A DNA stretch of 64,000 nt from Bacteroidetes bacterium UBA6183 (GCA_002422865.1 DITN01000100.1:8299-72298); one strand, 5' to 3'. Shown: positions 8,185-18,934, counted from the first letter of the stretch. Notes: generated by a model not told the origin, from the letters alone. Made by a program: numbers and translations.

Positions 8185-9624
8185 TTATTTCGTCTTTCTT
8201 GGGTCACCCACTCGGTCCATTACGCAACGGAAACCAATGGTTGCAGTCGATAAATCTTCATCCAAAAATCTTCTTGAACCAGGAGTCATCCAATAAGCCC
8301 TATCGTTCCATGAACCACCTTTGTAAACACGAGCTGTGTTTTTAATTAAGCTGGTAACACCGTAATCGTATTTTTGTTCAAAGTCGGTATATTCTAACTC
8401 ATCCTTAAAGCCAATATTGTTCGATTTGCGGTAGTTTCTGCGTTTAGCATTTTCTGCTTCGGTTACGTCTCTGTATGGAATACGACCTAAACTATCTTTC
8501 TCAGCAACTATACCGTCAGCATCTGTAACTTTAGTTTTATATACATTACCACGGAATGGCGCAATTTCTTGACCATCTTCCCATGATAAAGGACGATACA
8601 CATCCATGGTCCACTCACTCACGTTACCTGCCATGTGGAATAAACCAAAATCGTTAGGTAAGTAGTCTTCATTCTTAACAGGTACAGTGTAGAAACCCGC
8701 ATCATTTAAACGACCGGCAACACCAGCAGCATCACCACGTCCACGCATGTAATTGGCATACATGGTACCACGGTTTTTCTCAGAATCGCTTCTGCGCATG
8801 GTTAAACCATCCCAAGGATAAATGCGTTTTACGTCAATGTTTTCATTGTACTCAGGCGACATGTATCCGTATGCTGCATATTCCCACTCAGCCTCTGTTG
8901 GTAAGCGGTAATCAGGTAATAAAATACCATCTTCCATACGTACCTGACGGGTTTTTCCACCCGGAGCATAGTCTTTTAATTCTTTTTTTACAGTTGGAGT
9001 GTATAATCCCAAAAGGTATGCCTCCGTATTAAAATTGTTATCACCGGTAGTTTTTTGAACATCTAAGTCAATAAAACCTTCACGTGCCAAAATCATTTCA
9101 TTTACACGATCAGTACGCCAATCGGTATATGCTTTTGCTTGCAACCAATTTACACCAACTACAGGGTATTCTCTATAGGCCGGGTGACGTAAGTAATACA
9201 ATACGTATGGTTCGTTGTATGAAAGTTTGTTACGCCAAACCAAGGTATCAGGCAATGCACCACGATAAACTAAAGGGTTGTCGACAAAAACACGGTTTAA
9301 CCAATACAAATATTCTAAGTAATGGAAATTGGTAACCTCTGTTTCATCCATATAAAAACTAGGAACAGATACCCTGCGCTTAAGTGCATTTCTCTCGAAC
9401 ATAACATCGTTCTCAAAGTTACCTAAACTTACAGTACCGCCTTCAATAAACACTAATCCCGGTCCTGTTTCTTGTTCCTGGAACTTTGGTTTTTCAAAGC
9501 CGCCCCATTTCTCGTTGTTGTATTGCCAGCCGGTAGTCTCCGACTTAGGTTTTTTACACCCTGTGCCAATAAACACGGTATGGGCTAGTGCTGCTAAAAG
9601 AAAAACTTTTGTGGCCTGCTTCAT
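8185..9624 (-). CDS. gldJ: GldJ/GldK (PorK)-family gliding-motility / T9SS lipoprotein with an FGE-sulfatase (SUMF1-like) fold; GldJ is favoured by synteny
   Basis: Lipoprotein signal 'MKQATKVFLLAALAHTVFIGTGCKK' at the internal ATG at 9622-9624. The longer track start at 9729 has no signal peptide and would overlap the porP-like gene. The sequence is rich in W/Y/G motifs ('EAEWEYAAYG', 'HMAGNVSEWT', 'GGSWND') typical of the GldJ/GldK/PorK family. It is divergent from porU-porV, which matches the arrangement I recall for Flavobacterium johnsoniae (gldJ next to porU and porV). Confidence 0.65.
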   Translation of the reverse strand: MKQATKVFLLAALAHTVFIGTGCKKPKSETTGWQYNNEKWGGFEKPKFQEQETGPGLVFIEGGTVSLGNFENDVMFERNALKRRVSVPSFYMDETEVTNFHYLEYLYWLNRVFVDNPLVYRGALPDTLVWRNKLSYNEPYVLYYLRHPAYREYPVVGVNWLQAKAYTDWRTDRVNEMILAREGFIDLDVQKTTGDNNFNTEAYLLGLYTPTVKKELKDYAPGGKTRQVRMEDGILLPDYRLPTEAEWEYAAYGYMSPEYNENIDVKRIYPWDGLTMRRSDSEKNRGTMYANYMRGRGDAAGVAGRLNDAGFYTVPVKNEDYLPNDFGLFHMAGNVSEWTMDVYRPLSWEDGQEIAPFRGNVYKTKVTDADGIVAEKDSLGRIPYRDVTEAENAKRRNYRKSNNIGFKDELEYTDFEQKYDYGVTSLIKNTARVYKGGSWNDRAYWMTPGSRRFLDEDLSTATIGFRCVMDRVGDPRKTK

Positions 9625-9709
9625 ATATAAATCGTTTTGAAGTATTAATTTTTTCAAATATAACGGAAAATAAATGGAATTATTCCAATATTTATTTAGA
9701 ATTTTTAGA

Positions 9710-10699
9710 TTAAAGTGCGGGACAAGCAATCATTTTAACCCTTGACCTTGGCCTTTTCTTAGGTGTAATTTCAAATGCCATCGATAATTCGTGAGAACCT
9801 TGCGTGGCGGTACGTGCTCCGGATACCGTTACATCATAACTGTAACCTAGGCGGAATTTAGGTAATTTAACACCTAACATTACAATAGCGGCATCGGTAT
9901 TTTTACTGGTTTGACGGAACCATAAACCAGCCGTTAGTGCTTGCTTTTTTACATACATACCTAAGTTTAGTTGGTTAAAATTACGTTGGCTCATGTACAA
10001 AACACTTGGTGACAGAATTACCCTTTGCTCTTCGTTTCGTTCGTGTGTTAAAGCAATGTTTAAACCGGCATGTGCGGTGTATCTTCTTGGTAATTTGAAC
10101 TCCTCTTTAGGACTATTTTCGTAATAAAAAGATTGGTTAGGTTCAGTTAGATTATGTGCTGCAAATCCCACAAAAAAGATTTCACTGTATACCACCAAAC
10201 CGGAACCGAAATTAGGAAACATTCTATTTTGTGACCCTAAAGGTTCTTGTGTAGGATAGACAAATCCTAAACGGTCGTCAATTTGATCTCCAAACCTAAA
10301 CTTGCTGAAGTCGTAACTTTTTTGCACGAAAGTGGCTTGCACAGCGGCTCTCATACGAACTTTACGACTAAGTTGGGTGTAAAATGAGTAAGATAAACTG
10401 GCTTGATTGGTGGTTAATCTTCCATCTCCTGCAACATCATTTAGGAAAGAGGCTCCCAATCCCCCCAATTTATTTACGTGGGCATCAATACTCGCATACG
10501 TTGTTTTGAAGTTGTTGGAAACACCAATATACTGGTCACGATAGGCAGCATTAAATCTAATATTTCCACTTGCTCCCGTTAGTGCAGGATTAGTGTATAA
10601 TGGTACAGCATAAAACTGGCTGAACTGCGGATCTTGTGCGAGTGCTTGACTTGCAACAATAAAACCGGTTAATAATATTAGGCCACGAAAAAAAAGCAT
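9710..10699 (-). CDS. T9SS membrane protein, PorP/SprF family
   Basis: 329 aa. Hallmark N-terminus 'AQDPQFSQFYAVPLYTNPALTGA' after the signal peptide. Size and composition fit a beta-barrel. Confidence 0.8.
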   Translation of the reverse strand: MLFFRGLILLTGFIVASQALAQDPQFSQFYAVPLYTNPALTGASGNIRFNAAYRDQYIGVSNNFKTTYASIDAHVNKLGGLGASFLNDVAGDGRLTTNQASLSYSFYTQLSRKVRMRAAVQATFVQKSYDFSKFRFGDQIDDRLGFVYPTQEPLGSQNRMFPNFGSGLVVYSEIFFVGFAAHNLTEPNQSFYYENSPKEEFKLPRRYTAHAGLNIALTHERNEEQRVILSPSVLYMSQRNFNQLNLGMYVKKQALTAGLWFRQTSKNTDAAIVMLGVKLPKFRLGYSYDVTVSGARTATQGSHELSMAFEITPKKRPRSRVKMIACPAL

Positions 10700-10743
10700 A
10701 AATGCATGATTAAGCTATACAAATGTAACCAAAAAGTTTAAAA

Positions 10744-11754
10744 TTAAAACTCCGGACAACGAATGGCTCGAATTGATTTTTTAGGAATACGTTTTCTTAA
10801 CTCGAATGAAAGAGATATCTCGTGAGAAGCCCTTGCACCTGGACGCGCATTCGATACTGTTGCATCATATGAATATCCTATACGTAGTTTTTCTCTTCGT
10901 AGTCCCAACAAAACAATTAAAGCGTCAGAGTTTGCCGTTGTTTGACGGAAATATCCCCCTAAAATGTAAGAGCCTTTATTGTAGTACATCCCTAGGTTCA
11001 GCTCAGAAAACGCGCCTTGTTGCATATAAATGATGTTAGGCGATAAACTGATGTTGTTTCTGTTAGATCTTTTATCAGGCGGACGCAAAGGAATCTGAGC
11101 ACCGGCATGTACCGTTACTTTTCTCAGTATTACGTTTTTATTTTGATAGTTATTCCAAAATTTTTGACTTGGTTCGGTGAGGTTGTGAACTGCAAATCCT
11201 CCGTAAGCGTATTTGGTGTACCCAATAAACCCTGCAGCAAAGTTTGGTATGGTAATGGCCGGATTTGGAGGAGCCTCTCCAGTAACAGGTTTAACAATAC
11301 CATATTGTTTAAGTATTTGATCCCCCCAAGTAAAATTGCCAAAATCTAATGTTTTTTGGATGATGGTAGCTTGTACACTTGCTCTTATTGTAAAATATCT
11401 GTTAACAGGGATTTGATATGAATAGGCCCCCGAAACCCTATTGGTGGTGAGCAAGCCTACACCCGCTTGGTCTCTGGTTACCATGATACCAATACCACCA
11501 TTTATAACATCATAATGCTCATCAAAAGAGGCAGACATGGTGGTAAATGTACCTGCTATACTACTCCATTGGTTACGTGCATTGGTTACTATTCTTCCAT
11601 GGTTTGTACTACCTGCAAATGCCGGATTAATATACATAGGATTGGCATAGAATTGCGAAAAGTGGGGGTCCTGCGCAAACAGGTCGCCTTTCACAACAAT
11701 CATTATAGCCATATATAAAAATAACTTCCTTTTTGCCGAAAGTGAAAATTTCAT
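10744..11754 (-). CDS. T9SS membrane protein, PorP/SprF family (tandem paralog)
   Basis: 336 aa. 'AQDPHFSQFYANPMYINPAFAGS' N-terminus. Paralogous to the gene at 9710-10699. Confidence 0.8.
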   Translation of the reverse strand: MKFSLSAKRKLFLYMAIMIVVKGDLFAQDPHFSQFYANPMYINPAFAGSTNHGRIVTNARNQWSSIAGTFTTMSASFDEHYDVINGGIGIMVTRDQAGVGLLTTNRVSGAYSYQIPVNRYFTIRASVQATIIQKTLDFGNFTWGDQILKQYGIVKPVTGEAPPNPAITIPNFAAGFIGYTKYAYGGFAVHNLTEPSQKFWNNYQNKNVILRKVTVHAGAQIPLRPPDKRSNRNNISLSPNIIYMQQGAFSELNLGMYYNKGSYILGGYFRQTTANSDALIVLLGLRREKLRIGYSYDATVSNARPGARASHEISLSFELRKRIPKKSIRAIRCPEF

Positions 11755-11939
11755 TTTAGTGTTAAACCTTTTTGTCCATCAAAGCGCTTAAAATCTTGCT
11801 TCAATCAACAGTTCCCCCTTATATTTTCAATGCTTATTTTGCCCCTTTTTTTGGGAATAAACATATAATTAATTTCATTTGTTAACGTTATGTTTCGTAG
11901 CTAATGCATTTTTCAATTATAAATAATTTGTAAACTTTT

Positions 11940-14900
11940 ATGCAATTTTTATTGCCTCGTGTAAAAATATTTTTTGTATTTTTTGTATTTACAGCCTTTC
12001 TGGTGTCCAATTTAGATGCCGCTGTGCTTCGTTTTCAGCGTAATATAAATTGGGAGGAAGAAAAAAATATAAATAAGGGTGAGCAAGTTTTTTCGAATTT
12101 TATTTCGTTCAAAGATGCTTTGTTAACTCAAAATAATCATTGGCACCCATATTGGAGTGAAGTTTTTCGTCTTAATACGGCTGCCTCAAACATTAAAGTT
12201 AACATTCAAAAAATTGTTTTTGGCAATTTACACAACAAGGGCCAAATACAAAACCAAGAAATTCTTAAAAATATTAAAGATTATAACAAGCAAATCTTAA
12301 TTGGCTACGAAAACGGTAAAAGTGTTGTTGGTTTAACATTTTTACCAATCGGTTACGATGCTGCCACCAATACGGGACTAATTATAACATCGTTTGAAAT
12401 AGAAATTACTTATGATTTAGTCTCTCCTCAGTCACTTAGGTTAAACAAAAAGGCATTTGCAACTAACTCTGTATTAGCAAATGGAGATTGGTATAAAATT
12501 GCTGTTACAAAAACGGGCTTTCATAAACTAGATCGTAATTTCTTTCAGGCAAACGGTATTAATATTTCTGGTATTGATCCGAGAACAATAAAGGTATATG
12601 GAAACGGGCCGGGTTTATTGCCTCAGGCCAATGCTGCTTCTCGTTTTGATGATTTGGTAGAAAATGCAATTTTGGTTGTGGGCGAAAATGATGGTGTTTT
12701 TGATGCAGGAGATTATATTTTAATGTATGGTAAATCTCAATTTGATGTATGGAAACCAAACGGTTCTTTTATTGGACGAGAAAAAAATATATACTCAGAT
12801 ACCACATATTATTTCATAACCTTTAATCAAGGTAGCGGTAAACGTATAGGTAAACAAACATCTCTGCCAACCGTTGTAAACACGCAAAATCACCATGTTT
12901 TTTGTCATGCTCACGAACTAGATGTGTTAAATTATGGCAGAAGTGGAAGGCAGTTTTTAGGAGAGGCATTTGATAGAATACCATCGCAAAATTTTTCCTT
13001 TTATATTGACGGACATAATGCCACCGATTCTATTGTTATCAAATCCGTTGTGGCGTCTAGATCTTTAATTACACCATCAAATTTTAATGTAAGTGTAAAT
13101 AATAATTTTTTATTTGCCCACAGCAATATCCCTACCGTTGGAACCAATTATGATGGTTATTATTACAGGACTAGTGGTCCTGTGTTAACTAGTTTTTACA
13201 CTACCACACCTACAGTTATTGTAAATTACAGGTATGATAATCCTCCGGGTGGGGCTATTGGTTGGCTCGATTATTTTGAAATCAACACAAAAGCCAATTT
13301 AACATGGTTTGGTAATCAAGTATTATACCGTGTAACAACTCCACCAGCTCCTGGTGCTACACGTTATACAATAACCGGAGTTCCAGCCTCGGCTCGCATC
13401 TTTAACGTAGGTGATTTGATGAACATTCAAGAACTTATTTTAGACAAGAGTACTTCTGATGCTTCTTTTGTAAATAATACGACATCATACAATGAGTTTG
13501 CAGGAATAAGTGACGCTTCATCATATTGGGTGCCAGCTATGGTAGGTAAAATAAGTAATCAAAATTTACATGCTTTAACTCAAAGTGATGCGGTGTATAT
13601 TACTCCAGGTTTATTCTTTGCAGAAGCCATGAGATTAGCTGCTTTCCATCAGCTGAATGGGACAAAAATTCACGTTGTAAATGTGAATGATATTTATAAC
13701 GAATTTTCAAGTGGAAGCCAAGATATAACAGCTATTCGAGATTTCTTAAGGATGTTTTACACCCGTGGTTCATCAGCTAATGACCAAGTTAAATATGTTA
13801 CACTATTTGGTAGAGCATCATTTGATTACAAATACAGAATATTAAGCAATAGCAACTTTATACCTACTTATCAAAGTTCATTTACCGAATCGCCAATACT
13901 ATCTTATTGCAGTGACGATTACTACGGATTTCTTGATGAAAATGAGGGCTTGTGGGATAGTGGAACCGACCCTAAAGAGTTTTTAGATCTGGGAATTGGG
14001 CGTTTACCTATTTCAAATGCCACCGAAGCCAGAAATGCTGTAGATAAAATTATTAATTATTATCAATCTGATAGAATGGCCGATTGGCGAAATAAAATCG
14101 TGTTTGTTTCGGATGATGAAGATTATAATATTCATCAGAATGATGCCAACAATATGGCAAATAATGTTACCAATAGGTTTAAAAATTATAACATCGAAAA
14201 AATTTGGATTGATGCATACCGCGAGGAAGTAGTTGCTGGTGGCCAACGTAACCCTGGAGCACAAAAAGCGATTGTAGATGCGGTTCAAAAAGGTTGTTTT
14301 ATTATTAATTACACCGGACATGGAGGCGAGTTAGGATGGGCCGCAGAGCGCATACTAACCATCGAAGACATTAATGGATGGAGCAACCAAAATCGCCTAC
14401 CTTTATTTGTAACCGCAACTTGCGAGTTTAGCAGGTTTGATGATCCGGCAAGAGTTTCGGCCGGAGAGCTTACTTTTTTGAGCACCAAAGGTGGTTCTAT
14501 AGCGTTATTTACTACCGTTAGATTAGTTAATGCATTTTCAAACACCATGCTTAATACCTATTTTTATAATCGCATAGGTTTAGATTCTACCTCAAAACAA
14601 AGTCCTAAATCGTTGGGAGAAATAATGCGTTTAACCAAAAACGATTATCTACCTAATGATAAAAACGAACGTAATTTTACCTTGTTAGGTGATGCCGTTA
14701 TGGCACTTGCATTTCCCAAGTATAGTGTGGTTACCACATCAATAAATAATAAGCTTATGGTTGATGTAACAGACACACTCAAGGCTCTTTCAAAAGTAAC
14801 CGTAACTGGAAAAGTAACTGATGTGTCCGGTAATTTATTGAGCAATTACAATGGACAAGTTTTCCCAACGGTATATGATAAAGCCTCTACTTATCAGACT

Positions 14901-15803
14901 TTGGTAAATAACTCAGAGTCGAATCCAGCCTTACAATTTAATATGCAAAACAACATAATATATAGTGGAAGTGCTTCTGTTGTTAACGGAATATTTACCT
15001 TCTCATTTATTGTTCCTAAAGACATATCGTATCAGTTGGGAAGGGGGAAAATATCCTACTACACCACCAATCAGGTAAATGATGGCAACGGCTATAACGA
15101 GAACTTTGTCGTAGGTGGAACAGCCGATTCGGTTGCTGCAGACGGCATAGGTCCGGCAGTTAAACTTTATATGGATGACGAGAAGTTTGTGTTTGGAGGC
15201 TTAACCAATGAGAATCCATTGTTTATCGCCAAACTTTTTGATGAAAATGGTATAAATACCATTGGACGCGGAATAGGGAGAGAGCTTACTCTAATCATTG
15301 ATGGAGACAACTCTAAATCTGTATCGGTTAATGATTATTATAAGGCTAAAACCAATAGTTATCAGGAAGGGGAAATTCGTTATCCATTAAAAAATATTTC
15401 AACGGGTAAGCACACGGCCACCCTAAAATCATACGATACGTATAATAACTTCAGTGAGAATACAACAGAGTTTGTAGTGGCGTCAAACGAAAAACTGGCG
15501 TTACAATATGTGCTTAATTATCCTAATCCATTTACTACCAATACAACATTTCATTTTGATCATAACAAGGTTGGTGAAAACCTTACTGTTATTATTTACG
15601 TTTATACGGTTAGTGGAAAGTTAGCTAAAACACTTACAACACAAGTAACACCTGCCACATCGCATTTTGATCAGTTAACGTGGAATGGATTGGATGATTA
15701 CGGAGATAAGTTGGCTAATGGAGTTTACATATACAAAGTACAAGTTAAAAGCAGTACGGGTAAAACAGCAGAAGCTACCCAAAAAATGGTAATATTAAAT
15801 TAG
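11940..15803 (+). CDS. porU: T9SS C-terminal signal peptidase / sortase PorU (gingipain-like C25 peptidase family)
   Basis: 1287 aa with a signal peptide. C25-type catalytic region 'NYTGHGGELGWA' followed by 'FVTATCEF' (His and Cys). C-terminal T9SS sorting domain 'LNYPNPFTTNTTFHF...YIYKVQV'. It sits immediately upstream of porV, as expected for the conserved porU-porV pair. Confidence 0.8.
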   Translation: MQFLLPRVKIFFVFFVFTAFLVSNLDAAVLRFQRNINWEEEKNINKGEQVFSNFISFKDALLTQNNHWHPYWSEVFRLNTAASNIKVNIQKIVFGNLHNKGQIQNQEILKNIKDYNKQILIGYENGKSVVGLTFLPIGYDAATNTGLIITSFEIEITYDLVSPQSLRLNKKAFATNSVLANGDWYKIAVTKTGFHKLDRNFFQANGINISGIDPRTIKVYGNGPGLLPQANAASRFDDLVENAILVVGENDGVFDAGDYILMYGKSQFDVWKPNGSFIGREKNIYSDTTYYFITFNQGSGKRIGKQTSLPTVVNTQNHHVFCHAHELDVLNYGRSGRQFLGEAFDRIPSQNFSFYIDGHNATDSIVIKSVVASRSLITPSNFNVSVNNNFLFAHSNIPTVGTNYDGYYYRTSGPVLTSFYTTTPTVIVNYRYDNPPGGAIGWLDYFEINTKANLTWFGNQVLYRVTTPPAPGATRYTITGVPASARIFNVGDLMNIQELILDKSTSDASFVNNTTSYNEFAGISDASSYWVPAMVGKISNQNLHALTQSDAVYITPGLFFAEAMRLAAFHQLNGTKIHVVNVNDIYNEFSSGSQDITAIRDFLRMFYTRGSSANDQVKYVTLFGRASFDYKYRILSNSNFIPTYQSSFTESPILSYCSDDYYGFLDENEGLWDSGTDPKEFLDLGIGRLPISNATEARNAVDKIINYYQSDRMADWRNKIVFVSDDEDYNIHQNDANNMANNVTNRFKNYNIEKIWIDAYREEVVAGGQRNPGAQKAIVDAVQKGCFIINYTGHGGELGWAAERILTIEDINGWSNQNRLPLFVTATCEFSRFDDPARVSAGELTFLSTKGGSIALFTTVRLVNAFSNTMLNTYFYNRIGLDSTSKQSPKSLGEIMRLTKNDYLPNDKNERNFTLLGDAVMALAFPKYSVVTTSINNKLMVDVTDTLKALSKVTVTGKVTDVSGNLLSNYNGQVFPTVYDKASTYQTLVNNSESNPALQFNMQNNIIYSGSASVVNGIFTFSFIVPKDISYQLGRGKISYYTTNQVNDGNGYNENFVVGGTADSVAADGIGPAVKLYMDDEKFVFGGLTNENPLFIAKLFDENGINTIGRGIGRELTLIIDGDNSKSVSVNDYYKAKTNSYQEGEIRYPLKNISTGKHTATLKSYDTYNNFSENTTEFVVASNEKLALQYVLNYPNPFTTNTTFHFDHNKVGENLTVIIYVYTVSGKLAKTLTTQVTPATSHFDQLTWNGLDDYGDKLANGVYIYKVQVKSSTGKTAEATQKMVILN

Positions 15804-15826
15804 TTAGGCTAAATCATATAAAGCAT

Positions 15827-15834
15827 TATTTTTG
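15827..15834 (+). promoter_or_regulatory. candidate Bacteroidota sigma-A -7 box (TAnnTTTG) for porV
   Basis: 'TATTTTTG' lies 20 bp upstream of the porV ATG at 15854. Confidence 0.3.
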
Positions 15835-15853
15835 GCAATTATAATAAGTGTAA

Positions 15854-17116
15854 ATGAAGAAGTATTTAAAAGGCATAGCAGCAATATTAGCAGGGTTAAC
15901 ACTAACAGATTTGCATGCGCAGCAACAACGACTTACTACAGGACAATTAGACGGACGACAAAATACCATTACCTCAGCAGTTCCATTTTTATTAATTACA
16001 CCAAACGCAAGGGCTGGTGCAATGGGTGATGCAGGGGTTGCTACACCAGATGATCCCAATGCTATCCATTGGAATGCAGCAAAAATGGTTTTTAATGAGA
16101 AAAATGGAACGGTATCTCTTTCTTATAATCCATGGTTAAGACAGTTGGTTCCCGATGTTTCTTTGTCATACCTTTCTATAATGGGTAAAATAAATGAAAA
16201 AGCATCTTTAGGAGGCTCGCTTAGGTATTTTTCGCTTGGCGAAATTCAATTTACAGATGTGTATGGTGGTAGTTTAGGTAAAGCAACCCCAAGCGAATGG
16301 GCAGCTGATTTGGCTTACGCGCAAAAACTTTCTGACAACTTTAGTTTAGGAGTAGCATTCCGGTTTATATATTCAAATATTGCCGGAGGAGCGCAAACGC
16401 AATCTCAAAGTGGTATTAAGGCCGGAACATCTTATGCAGCCGACATTACCGCTTACTACAAGAACAAAACTAAAATTGAGGGTTATAAAATTAATTATGG
16501 CATTGGAGGTGCGATTACAAATATTGGTTCTAAGCTAACTTATACTACTGATCAAAATCAAAATTTTATTCCCATTAATCTAAGAATAGGCGGTTATGGT
16601 GAAGTTGAAATAGATAAATACAATACTATTGCCTTAGCGTTAGACTTTAATAAATTACTCATTCCAACGCCACCTGTTTACAAGTATGATTCGGCAGGAA
16701 ATCCGGTTATACAAAATGGTAGCTTGGTTATTGAATCAGGAAAAAGCCCTAATGTACCCATTATTCAGGGTATGACGCAATCCTTCTCAGATGCTCCGGG
16801 CGGATTTAAAGAAGAGTTACGTGAAATTAATATCTCTGCAGGTTTGGAGTATTGGTATGATAAACAGTTTGCCATACGCGCAGGTTATTTTCATGAAAAC
16901 CAATACAAGGGTAATCGTAAGTATGCTACATTTGGCGTTGGTATCAGGTATAATGTTTTTACCATTGATGCAGCTTACTTAGTATCTTTCGGTCAACGCA
17001 ACCCGCTCGATAATACACTACGTTTTACTTTAGGTTTAGATTTTGATGCATTGAAATCTGGTAGCAACGAAAAAGAACAACCAACAGGTGTTTTTGAAAT
17101 GCCCAAAGATAATTAG
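15854..17116 (+). CDS. porV: T9SS outer-membrane shuttle protein PorV (LptO); FadL-like beta-barrel
   Basis: 420 aa with a signal peptide. N-terminal 'PFLLITPNARAGAMGDAGVATPDDPNAIHWNAAKM' is characteristic of the PorV/LptO family. The gene is immediately downstream of porU. Confidence 0.8.
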   Translation: MKKYLKGIAAILAGLTLTDLHAQQQRLTTGQLDGRQNTITSAVPFLLITPNARAGAMGDAGVATPDDPNAIHWNAAKMVFNEKNGTVSLSYNPWLRQLVPDVSLSYLSIMGKINEKASLGGSLRYFSLGEIQFTDVYGGSLGKATPSEWAADLAYAQKLSDNFSLGVAFRFIYSNIAGGAQTQSQSGIKAGTSYAADITAYYKNKTKIEGYKINYGIGGAITNIGSKLTYTTDQNQNFIPINLRIGGYGEVEIDKYNTIALALDFNKLLIPTPPVYKYDSAGNPVIQNGSLVIESGKSPNVPIIQGMTQSFSDAPGGFKEELREINISAGLEYWYDKQFAIRAGYFHENQYKGNRKYATFGVGIRYNVFTIDAAYLVSFGQRNPLDNTLRFTLGLDFDALKSGSNEKEQPTGVFEMPKDN

Positions 17117-17118
17117 TT

Positions 17119-17592
17119 ATGAGAATAGGATTTGGATTTGATGTGCATCAATTGGTTGAAGGAAGAGAGTTGTGGTTAGGAGGAGTAAAAATACCTGCAA
17201 TAAAAGGTGCTTTAGGGCATAGTGATGCAGATGTTCTTTTACATGCTATTTGTGATGCCATTTTGGGCGCTTTGGCTTTGGGTGATATTGGTAAACACTT
17301 TCCAGATACGGATAATAGTTTTAAAGGGATTGACAGTAAAATACTGCTTCAAAAAGTAGTTACTTTAATTAATGAAAAAGGTTATCTTATAGGTAACATC
17401 GACAGTAGTTTATGTGTTGAGAAACCTAAAGTTATGCCTTATGCAGATCAAATGCGATTAACCATTGCAAACATCTGTAGTATTGGTATAGATGATGTTT
17501 CTGTTAAAGCAACCACCAACGAAAAGATGGGGTTTATTGGTAGGGAAGAGGGCTTGGTTGCTTATGCTGTGGTGTTGTTATTGAAAAAGTAA
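17119..17592 (+). CDS. ispF: 2-C-methyl-D-erythritol 2,4-cyclodiphosphate synthase
   Basis: 157 aa. 'RIGFGFDVHQL...GHSDADVLLHAI.DA..GA...GDIG..FP' are IspF metal and substrate motifs. Confidence 0.9.
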   Translation: MRIGFGFDVHQLVEGRELWLGGVKIPAIKGALGHSDADVLLHAICDAILGALALGDIGKHFPDTDNSFKGIDSKILLQKVVTLINEKGYLIGNIDSSLCVEKPKVMPYADQMRLTIANICSIGIDDVSVKATTNEKMGFIGREEGLVAYAVVLLLKK

Positions 17593-17615
17593 TTTTAAAA
17601 ATATTGTTTAAAGTA

Positions 17616-17640
17616 AAAGGAGGTGTTGATCTCCTTTTTT
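17616..17640. terminator. bidirectional terminator between ispF and murF
   Basis: 'aaaggag' (17616-17622), loop 'gtgttgat', 'ctccttt' (17631-17637), then a T-run. Confidence 0.5.
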
Positions 17641-18934
17641 AGTTTATAGATTCAGCCAATATTTCCAGTTTCATACCCCTTGAACCTTTAATAAAAAAGG
17701 CACAGTTTTTATAATTCATTTGTTTAATCAATACTTCTGCCTCTGATGTGGTTTTGAATGCATGTGCATTATTATGATTGGTATTACAAAACGCTTCACC
17801 AACAAGTATTAAATGGTTAAGATTTAAGTTGGCGCATAAATCAACCATACGTTGGTGTTCGATTTTGGTGTAATCACCCATTTCAAACATATCTCCCATT
17901 ATCACAATTTTATGAGGATGATCCATGGCTGAAAAGTTTCTTAAAGCCGCTTCCATACTACTTGGATTGGCATTATAGGCATCTAAAAAAATAAGATTAT
18001 TATTTTTTTGAATCCATTGTGATCGATTGTTTTTAGGTTCGTATGCTGCAACACCTTTTAATACATTATCATCGCTTACTCCTAAATATTTACCAATGGC
18101 TACGGCAGCCATAATGTTATCAAAATTATAATCCCCACTTAAAATGGAATAGCCATTTAGGTTTTGAAAAATAAATTTTATGGCAGGCTGAAGTTGGTTT
18201 GCCAGAGCCATGTAGTCGGCATTCACATTTCTGAAGGCTGTGTTGGCAGCATAAGTTTTCTTGTTATTTAAACGTGAGCTCATACGCATCAACCATTCAT
18301 CATGTGCGTTTACAAAAGCAGTTCCGTTGTTTTTAAGCAAATAATAATACAGCTCACTATTACTTTTTGCAACTCCTTCAATATCTCCAAACCCCTCCAA
18401 ATGATCCATTCCGTTATTGGTAACAATACCTAATGTAGGCTCTGCAATTTCGCACAGTTCTGCATTCTCACCCACATGGTTAGCACCCATTTCAATGATG
18501 GCCACTTGATGATTGCTGGTTAACTGTAACAATGTAAGTGGTAAGCCGATGTGATTGTTAAAGTTGCCCGGTGTGGCCCATACATTAAAAGTGGTTGATA
18601 ACACCGATGTGATCAGTTCTTTGGTTGTTGTTTTACCGTTACTGCCTACAATAGCAATAACAGGTATATTGAGTTGTTTGCGGTGATGATTTGCCAAATT
18701 TTGCATGCATTTTAACGCATCATCTACTAAAATACATTTATCGTTTATTACACAATTGGGGTCGTCAACAATACAATATGCAGCCCCCTTCTTTAAGGCT
18801 TCTTCAGCAAAAGTATTTGCATTAAAATTTGGTCCTTTAAGTGCAAAAAATAAACTGCCCTCAGTAATTTTACGGGTGTCTGTTGATAGGTGTGGATGCT
18901 CTTTATAAATGGCGTATAATTCTACAATTGTCAT
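17639..18934 (-). CDS. murF: UDP-N-acetylmuramoyl-tripeptide--D-alanyl-D-alanine ligase
   Basis: 431 aa. Mur-ligase P-loop 'IVGSNGKTTTKELI'. 'LLDAYNANPSSM' and 'MGDMFEMG' are typical of MurF. Confidence 0.85.
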   Translation of the reverse strand: MTIVELYAIYKEHPHLSTDTRKITEGSLFFALKGPNFNANTFAEEALKKGAAYCIVDDPNCVINDKCILVDDALKCMQNLANHHRKQLNIPVIAIVGSNGKTTTKELITSVLSTTFNVWATPGNFNNHIGLPLTLLQLTSNHQVAIIEMGANHVGENAELCEIAEPTLGIVTNNGMDHLEGFGDIEGVAKSNSELYYYLLKNNGTAFVNAHDEWLMRMSSRLNNKKTYAANTAFRNVNADYMALANQLQPAIKFIFQNLNGYSILSGDYNFDNIMAAVAIGKYLGVSDDNVLKGVAAYEPKNNRSQWIQKNNNLIFLDAYNANPSSMEAALRNFSAMDHPHKIVIMGDMFEMGDYTKIEHQRMVDLCANLNLNHLILVGEAFCNTNHNNAHAFKTTSEAEVLIKQMNYKNCAFFIKGSRGMKLEILAESIN

